This document shows positions 58,010 to 64,000 of a DNA stretch of 64,000 nt, in pieces (position 1 is the stretch's first letter; every line of letters begins with the position of its first letter). The DNA lies in the IMG/VR virus record IMGVR_UViG_3300042564_004498, positions 81,526 to 145,525 of that record; one strand, written 5' to 3'. The notes beneath the pieces were generated by a model that saw only the letters and a list, made by a program, of their open reading frames with translations, made no database searches and was not told where the DNA came from. The DNA comes from a virus. The translations under genes were made by a program, and so were the position numbers.

Positions 58010-60283
58010 ATGAAGAAAATATTTGCACATGGTTCTTACATTGGGAACACAGGTTATAATCAACATACAAGAGACTTTTTTAGACATTTATCAAAACATG
58101 CCCAGATAAAAGTTAGAAATTTTACTGTAGGTAGTTCTTGGGATGGGATAAGTCCTGAACCACATAATAACGAGCCGTATTTTAACGATACAGATAGAAA
58201 ATTACTGTACGAACAAATCCTTTGGAATACAGATAAAACAAGAGGTAATCATAAAATTTATGAAGACCCATCAAAAGATTTTTTCCCTGATGTTAACATT
58301 GTATTATGTGAAACAAACCACCATTTATTTTACGATGAATATTATGGACCAAAAATTGCATATAATGTTTGGGAATCCACATTACAACCTGAAGGTTATT
58401 TCAACAAATTAAAAGAATTTGATGAATTATGGGTACCATCAAAATGGCAAAGAGATTGTACTATCTCTCAAGGTTATGACCCAAGTAAAATTAAAGTTGT
58501 TCCTGAAGGTGTTGATGTTAATACTTTCTTTCCTGAAGATACTTCACATGAATTAACCTCAGATGGAAGATTTAAATTCTTTTTAGCAGGTAGATGGGAT
58601 TATAGAAAATCAATTAAAGAAATTATTGAGACATTTCTTAAAACTTTTGATAAAGATGAACCAGTTGATTTAATTATTTCTGTTGATAACCCATTTTCAG
58701 GTGATGGTATGAAAACTACGGAAGAAAGATTAGAACATTACGGATTAAACGATGACAGAATTAAAATATTACATTTCCCTCCAAGAGAAGAATATATTAA
58801 AATATTAAAATCTTGTGACGCGTTTGTATCATGTGCAAGGTCTGAAGGATGGAACCTACCACTTATTGAAGCGATGGCTTGTGGTACACCATCTATCTAT
58901 TCAAACTGTTCAGGTCAATTAGAATTTGCTGAAGGTAAAGGTTTACCCGTTAAAATTGTGGGTGAAAAACCAGTTGATGCCAGTACCTATAGTCATTTTA
59001 ACGATTCTATTGGAAACTACTACGAACCTGACTTTAATGATTTAGGTAAACAGATGTGGAATGTAGTTACTAATCACCAACACTATAAACAAATAGCATT
59101 AGAAGAATCTGAAATTATTAGAAAAGAATTTAATTGGGAACATGTTGCAGAAATTGGGATAAAAACAATTAACGAATTTTTGGAAAAAACTCTTAAAGTT
59201 GAGGACACTAATAAAACAATAATTACTTACTTTGATGGACCAAGAGTTGAAATTAAAGGTAATCACAATAATAAATACTTTGTTGAATTTATTGATGGTG
59301 AAGGTAAAGTTAGATTTTCAGACACCATAACCAACAATATGTGGACTTCTTGTGGTATAAAATATTATGTTCCATGGACAATTAAAATAAATGGTAAAGT
59401 TGTTGAAAATTTTAGTTTAGACAATAAAAAAGTTTTAATCAGATTTGAATCCAAATCAATTGGTGATACTATTGCTTGGTCACCATATGCAGTTGAGTTA
59501 ATGAAACAAAGAAATTGTAAGGTAGTATTATCAACTTTTCATAATGAATGGTTCAAAGGTTTAGATTCATATAAAAATATTGAATTTATTAATCCAGGAC
59601 ATTCTTCAGATTGTGACGTTATCTATAAATTAGGATGGTTTAAAGATGATAAAACAGGATGGAAAAGATTTGATATGCACCCAAATCAAGTAAACTTAAT
59701 TCCCCTACAAAAAACAGCAACAGATATTTTAGGTTTAGATTTCAAAGAAATTAATCATGGTGTTAATTTCAAATTATCTAAAAGACCAATAAAAAACAAA
59801 TATGTTGTATTTGGTCCACAATCAACTGCCGGTTGTAAAGAATGGGTTTTAGAAAATTGGATAACATTATCTAAAATGTTAAAAGAAATTGGTTATGAAA
59901 TTATGATATTATCCCTTAATGATTATAAAATAGATGGAGTACATGTTAACACAACTAAAGATTGGAATGAAGTTATGAATTGTTTATATCATTCAGAATT
60001 TTTTGTAGGTTTAAGTTCGGGACTATCTTGGGTTAATTGGTCATTAAATAAAAAAACAGTTATGATATCAGGTTTTAGTGAAGATAGTCATGAATGTCAA
60101 ACCAATGTGACACGAGTATCAAATAATGTTTGTATTAAATGTTGGAATGACCCTGTATTAGTATTTAATCCTGGTGATTGGGATTGGTGTCCTGTTTATA
60201 AAAACACCGAAAGACAACATATTTGTCAAAAATCAATAACGCCTCTACAAGTATTTAACTCATTACCAATAATTAAAGATTAA
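58010..60283 (+). CDS. Fusion of a GT4-family glycosyltransferase and an AAH/TibC-like protein O-heptosyltransferase domain
   Basis: N-half VPEGVD, SEGWNLPLIEAMACGTP; C-half SKSIGDTIAW, STAGCKEW, FVGLSSGLSW..VMISGFS and four-Cys CIKCWN..WCP..C. Confidence 0.85.
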   Translation: MKKIFAHGSYIGNTGYNQHTRDFFRHLSKHAQIKVRNFTVGSSWDGISPEPHNNEPYFNDTDRKLLYEQILWNTDKTRGNHKIYEDPSKDFFPDVNIVLCETNHHLFYDEYYGPKIAYNVWESTLQPEGYFNKLKEFDELWVPSKWQRDCTISQGYDPSKIKVVPEGVDVNTFFPEDTSHELTSDGRFKFFLAGRWDYRKSIKEIIETFLKTFDKDEPVDLIISVDNPFSGDGMKTTEERLEHYGLNDDRIKILHFPPREEYIKILKSCDAFVSCARSEGWNLPLIEAMACGTPSIYSNCSGQLEFAEGKGLPVKIVGEKPVDASTYSHFNDSIGNYYEPDFNDLGKQMWNVVTNHQHYKQIALEESEIIRKEFNWEHVAEIGIKTINEFLEKTLKVEDTNKTIITYFDGPRVEIKGNHNNKYFVEFIDGEGKVRFSDTITNNMWTSCGIKYYVPWTIKINGKVVENFSLDNKKVLIRFESKSIGDTIAWSPYAVELMKQRNCKVVLSTFHNEWFKGLDSYKNIEFINPGHSSDCDVIYKLGWFKDDKTGWKRFDMHPNQVNLIPLQKTATDILGLDFKEINHGVNFKLSKRPIKNKYVVFGPQSTAGCKEWVLENWITLSKMLKEIGYEIMILSLNDYKIDGVHVNTTKDWNEVMNCLYHSEFFVGLSSGLSWVNWSLNKKTVMISGFSEDSHECQTNVTRVSNNVCIKCWNDPVLVFNPGDWDWCPVYKNTERQHICQKSITPLQVFNSLPIIKD

Positions 60284-60312
60284 AAAAAAAGGGACTTAGA
60301 GTCCCTTTTTTT
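60283..60312. terminator. Bidirectional terminator between converging genes
   Basis: A-run GGGACT-TAG-AGTCCC T-run. Confidence 0.8.
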
Positions 60313-63300
60313 ATATTATTGCTTTATATTCTAATAATACTTTTTCAACATCTTTACGTTCTGCATATATTAAGTAGAACACATTAATATTATCACAAGT
60401 ACTATCAATGAATACTTTATTATCTTTAACTTCAACTACATAGTTTTCACAAGGATATCCTATTGATGTTAAGTTTACCGTAAAACTATCTTCGTGGACT
60501 AATCCAATCCAATAATCAGGTAATTCAATTACTTTATCAGTTGCTTTACCTCTAAAATAAACTCCATGTTCTGGTCCCTCTAATACACCGTATCTTAATC
60601 TATACCCCTCTTTTGTTGGGTGGGGAATGTCAAATGATTTTGACGCCGCTGTTAATGCTCCTGTTATTGCAGTATCACCAGTAACTCTTAAAGTACTTCC
60701 ATCAAACCTTAAATTAACCTCACCATTAATAACACCTGATGTTCCAGTTGCAGTTATTACGTAATTGTCAACATTATTTAAAATAGTTGCAGAACCTGAT
60801 GTTCCTGACGAACCACTTGAACCGCTAGTTCCTGACGAACCTGATGAACCTGATGTACCACTTGAACCTGAAGAACCTGATGTACCACTTGAACCAGATG
60901 TTCCTGATGAACCAGATGTTCCTGAAGAACCGCTTGAACCGCTAGTTCCTGATGAACCTGATGTACCGCTTGAACCTGATTTACCTGAAGAACCACTTGA
61001 ACCTGAAGTTCCTGAAGAACCACTTAAACCTGATGTACCGCTTGAACCTGAACTTCCGCTAGTTCCTGACGAACCACTTGAACCGCTAGTTCCTGACGAA
61101 CCACTTGAACCGCTAGTTCCTGAAGAACCTGATGTACCGCTTGAACCTGATTTACCTGAAGAACCACTTGAACCTGAAGTTCCTGATGAACCAGATGTTC
61201 CTGAAGAACCACTTGAACCTGAACTTCCGCTAGTTCCTGAAGAACCGCTCGAACCTGATGTTCCTGATGAACCTGATGTACCGCTTGAACCAGATGTTCC
61301 TGATGAACCGCTTGAACCTGAAGTTCCTGAAGAACCACTTGAACCGCTAGTTCCTGAAGAACCTGATGTACCGCTTGAACCTGATTTACCTGAAGAACCA
61401 CTTGAACCTGAAGTTCCTGAAGAACCACTTGAACCTGAAGTTCCTGAAGAACCGCTTGAACCTGAAGTTCCTGATGAACCGCTTGAACCGCTAGTTCCTG
61501 ATGAACCTGATGTACCACTTGAACCAGATGTTCCTGATGAACCAGATGTTCCTGAAGAACCGCTTGAACCTGATGTACCGCTTGAACCTGAACTTCCGCT
61601 AGTTCCTGACGAACCACTTGAACCTGATGTACCGCTTGAACCTGATGTACCACTTGAACCAGATGTTCCTGATGAACCAGATGTTCCTGAAGAACCGCTT
61701 GAACCGCTAGTTCCTGATGAACCTGATGTACCACTTGAACCAGATGTTCCTGATGAACCAGATGTTCCTGAAGAACCGCTTGAACCGCTAGTTCCTGAAG
61801 AACCTGATGTTCCTGATGAACCTGATGTACCGCTTGAACCAGATGTTCCTGAAGAACCGCTTGAACCGCTAGTTCCTGATGAACCTGATGTACCGCTTGA
61901 ACCTGATTTACCTGAAGAACCGCTTGAACCTGAAGTTCCTGATGAACCACTTGAACCTGAAGTTCCTGAAGAACCACTTGAACCTGAAGTTCCTGAAGAA
62001 CCACTTGAACCTGAAGTTCCTGAAGAACCACTTGAACCTGATGTACCGCTTGAACCTGATGTACCGCTTGAACCAGATGTTCCTGATGAACCAGATGTTC
62101 CTGAAGAACCGCTTGAACCTGAAGTTCCTGAAGAACCACTTGAACCGCTAGTTCCTGAAGAACCTGATGTACCACTTGAACCAGATGTTCCTGATGAACC
62201 AGATGTTCCTGAAGAACCACTTGAACCTGATGTACCGCTTGAACCAGATGTTCCTGATGAACCGCTTGAACCTGAAGAACCGCTTGAACCTGAAGTTCCT
62301 GAAGAACCACTTGAACCTGATGTACCGCTTGAACCTGAACTTCCGCTAGTTCCTGACGAACCACTTGAACCGCTAGTTCCTGAAGAACCTGATGTACCAC
62401 TTGAACCAGATGTTCCTGATGAACCAGATGTTCCTGAAGAACCGCTTGAACCGCTAGTTCCTGAAGAACCTGAACTTCCGCTAGTTCCTGATGAACCTGA
62501 TGCACCGCTTGAGCCAGAGGTTCCTGAAGAACCTGATGAACCGCTTGAACCTGAACTACCACTAGTTCCAGAAGAACCATCTGTACCGTCAATACCTGAA
62601 CAACCTGTTACTCCACTAGTTCCTGATGAACCGCTTGAACCTGATGTTCCTGAAGAACCGCTTGAACCGCTAGTTCCTGATGAACCACTTGAACCAGATG
62701 TTCCTGAAGAACCTGATGTACCTGAACTTCCGCTAGTTCCTGAAGAACCGCTTGAACCGCTAGTTCCTGATGAACCTGAACTTCCGCTAGTTCCTGAAGA
62801 ACCACTTGAACCAGATGTTCCTGAAGAACCTGAACTTCCGCTAGTTCCTGAAGAACCGCTAGTTCCTGAAGAACCTGATGTACCTGAACTTCCGCTAGTT
62901 CCTGACGAACCACTTGAACCGCTAGTTCCTGAAGAACCACTTGAACCGCTAGTTCCTGAAGAACCACTTGAACCTGATGTTCCTGAAGAACCTGATGTAC
63001 CTGAACTTCCGCTAGTTCCTGAAGAACCGCTTGAACCGCTAGTTCCTGAAGAACCACTTGAACCAGATGTTCCTGAAGAACCTGAACTTCCGCTAGTTCC
63101 TGAAGAACCACTTGAACCGCTAGTTCCTGAAGAACCACTTGAACCGCTAGTTCCTGAAGAACCACTTGAACCGCTAGTTCCTGAAGAACCACTTGAACCT
63201 GATGTTCCTGAAGAACCACTTGAACCGCTAGTTCCTGAAGAACCGCTTGAACCGCTAGTTCCTGAAGAACCGCTTGAACCGCTAGTTCCTGATGAACCTG

Positions 63301-64000
63301 AACTTCCGCTAGTTCCTGAAGAACCACTTGAACCGCTAGTTCCTGAAGAACCTGATGTACCGCTTGAACCAGATGTTCCTGATGAACCTGAACTTCCACT
63401 AGTTCCTGAAGAACCGCTTGAACCGCTAGTTCCTGAAGAACCTGATGTACCGCTTGAACCAGATGTTCCTGAAGAACCTGAACTTCCGCTAGTTCCTGAA
63501 GAACCTGATGTACCGCTTGAACCAGATGTTCCTGAAGAACCGCTTGAACCGCTAGTTCCTGAAGAACCGCTTGAACCGCTAGTTCCTGAAGAACCGCTTG
63601 AACCGCTAGTTCCTGAAGAACCGCTTGAACCGCTAGTTCCTGATGAACCGCTTGAACCTGATGTTCCTGAAGAACCGCTTGAACCGCTAGTTCCTGATGA
63701 ACCACTTGAACCAGATGTTCCTGAAGAACCTGATGTACCTGAACTTCCGCTAGTTCCTGAAGAACCGCTTGAACCGCTAGTTCCTGATGAACCTGAACTT
63801 CCGCTAGTTCCTGAAGAACCACTTGAACCAGATGTTCCTGAAGAACCTGAACTTCCGCTAGTTCCTGAAGAACCGCTAGTTCCTGAAGAACCTGATGTAC
63901 CTGAACTTCCGCTAGTTCCTGACGAACCACTTGAACCGCTAGTTCCTGAAGAACCACTTGAACCGCTAGTTCCTGAAGAACCACTTGAACCTGATGTTCC
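60311..64000 (-). CDS. Giant Gly-Ser-Thr repeat fibre protein (5' end outside window, at least 1229 aa) with C-terminal chaperone-like domain
   Basis: True frame reads ..GTSGSSGSSGTS..GSATILNNVDNYVITATG..KSFDIPHPTKEGYRLRYGVLEGPEHGVYFRG..IELPDYWIGLV..AERKDVEKVLLEYKAII*; frame spot-checked at both ends and at interruptions, no stop found. Confidence 0.88.
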   Translation of the reverse strand, partial: GTSGSSGSSGTSGSSGSSGTSGSSGSSGTSGSSGTSGSSGTSGSSGTSGSSGSSGTSGSSGSSGTSGSSGSSGTSGSSGSSGTSGSSGTSGSSGTSGSSGSSGTSGSSGSSGTSGSSGSSGTSGSSGSSGTSGSSGSSGTSGSSGSSGTSGSSGSSGTSGSSGTSGSSGTSGSSGSSGTSGSSGTSGSSGTSGSSGSSGTSGSSGSSGTSGSSGTSGSSGTSGSSGSSGTSGSSGSSGTSGSSGSSGTSGSSGSSGTSGSSGSSGTSGSSGSSGTSGSSGSSGTSGSSGSSGTSGSSGSSGTSGSSGSSGTSGSSGSSGTSGSSGSSGTSGSSGTSGSSGTSGSSGSSGTSGSSGSSGTSGSSGSSGTSGSSGTSGSSGTSGSSGTSGSSGSSGTSGSSGSSGTSGSSGSSGTSGSSGSSGTSGSSGTSGSSGTSGSSGSSGTSGSSGSSGTSGSSGSSGTSGVTGCSGIDGTDGSSGTSGSSGSSGSSGSSGTSGSSGASGSSGTSGSSGSSGTSGSSGSSGTSGSSGTSGSSGTSGSSGTSGSSGSSGTSGSSGSSGTSGSSGSSGTSGSSGSSGSSGSSGTSGSSGTSGSSGSSGTSGSSGTSGSSGTSGSSGTSGSSGSSGTSGSSGSSGTSGSSGTSGSSGTSGSSGTSGSSGSSGTSGSSGSSGTSGSSGSSGTSGSSGSSGTSGSSGSSGKSGSSGTSGSSGTSGSSGSSGTSGSSGTSGSSGTSGSSGTSGSSGSSGTSGSSGTSGSSGTSGSSGTSGSSGSSGTSGSSGTSGSSGTSGSSGTSGSSGSSGTSGSSGSSGTSGSSGSSGTSGSSGTSGSSGTSGSSGTSGSSGSSGTSGSSGSSGTSGSSGSSGTSGSSGSSGKSGSSGTSGSSGTSGSSGSSGTSGSSGSSGTSGSSGTSGSSGTSGSSGSSGTSGSSGSSGSSGTSGSSGTSGSSGSSGKSGSSGTSGSSGTSGSSGSSGTSGSSGSSGTSGSSGSSGTSGLSGSSGTSGSSGSSGKSGSSGTSGSSGTSGSSGSSGTSGSSGTSGSSGTSGSSGSSGTSGSSGSSGTSGSSGSSGTSGSATILNNVDNYVITATGTSGVINGEVNLRFDGSTLRVTGDTAITGALTAASKSFDIPHPTKEGYRLRYGVLEGPEHGVYFRGKATDKVIELPDYWIGLVHEDSFTVNLTSIGYPCENYVVEVKDNKVFIDSTCDNINVFYLIYAERKDVEKVLLEYKAII
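60794..64000. repeat. 9-bp unit tandem repeat (~356 units) encoding GSS/GTS
   Basis: Plus-strand units such as tgaagaacc, gcttgaacc, gctagttcc, agatgttcc. Confidence 0.95.

Noticed and set aside
60778-63984. ORF-track proteins rich in QELAVQ/QVHQ (60778..61023, 61024..62592, 62608..63984) and plus-strand MNLMYRLN ORFs
   Set aside because: Shadow frames of the 9-bp repeat; the Gly-Ser-Thr frame is continuous and joins a recognisable C-terminal domain
1-64000. Alternative genetic code (stop-codon reassignment)
   Set aside because: Genes are full length in code 11, and TAA, TAG and TGA all end genes at sensible positions
1-64000. Bacterial chromosome or eukaryotic giant virus origin
   Set aside because: T4-like recombination and primase genes, virion fibre genes, amidase, bacterial sigma factor and promoters, and the absence of core cellular operons point to a large bacteriophage
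40341-64000. Diversity-generating retroelement or invertase-based fibre switching
   Set aside because: No reverse transcriptase, recombinase, TR/VR pair or inverted repeats are evident in this window

Overview
AT-rich, gene-dense, mostly minus-strand segment of a large (jumbo/huge) tailed dsDNA phage using the standard genetic code. It most likely infects Bacteroidota: it has TTTG-N20-TAnCTTTG promoters, a Bacteroidetes-type RpoD-like sigma factor, an Hc1/histone-H1-like protein, SprB-type repeats and no obvious Shine-Dalgarno use. Layout: (i) 0.7-2.4 kb, a stable-RNA locus with a ~870-nt structured ncRNA (GOLLD-like candidate), an array of host-type promoters, boxA-like elements and two atypical CAT tRNAs; (ii) 2.5-27.8 kb, accessory and likely head-packaged proteins (DHH phosphoesterase, PG-binding protein, pre-toxin-TG-like protein, WCT-motif/LRR proteins), two DNA methyltransferases, APS kinase plus nucleotidyltransferase, GIY-YIG nuclease, redoxins, DnaJ and a probable lysis cassette; (iii) 27.8-38 kb, sigma factor and recombination/replication genes (SbcC/SbcD-like, PD-(D/E)XK nuclease, primase, RuvC-like); (iv) 38-50.5 kb, Cys-rich, Pro/Thr-repeat (mucin-like) virion proteins; (v) 50.8-60.3 kb, a sugar-modification and glycosyltransferase cluster ending in a GT4 + AAH/TibC-like protein O-glycosyltransferase fusion; (vi) from 60.3 kb, the 3' end of a giant fibre gene, missed by the ORF track, with over 350 consecutive Gly-X-Y (GSS/GTS) triplets. 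Best candidate for a novel system: a phage-encoded pathway that glycosylates its own Ser/Thr-rich virion fibres. The rRNA-operon-like ncRNA locus is second. All family calls come from motif recognition by eye, not database searches.
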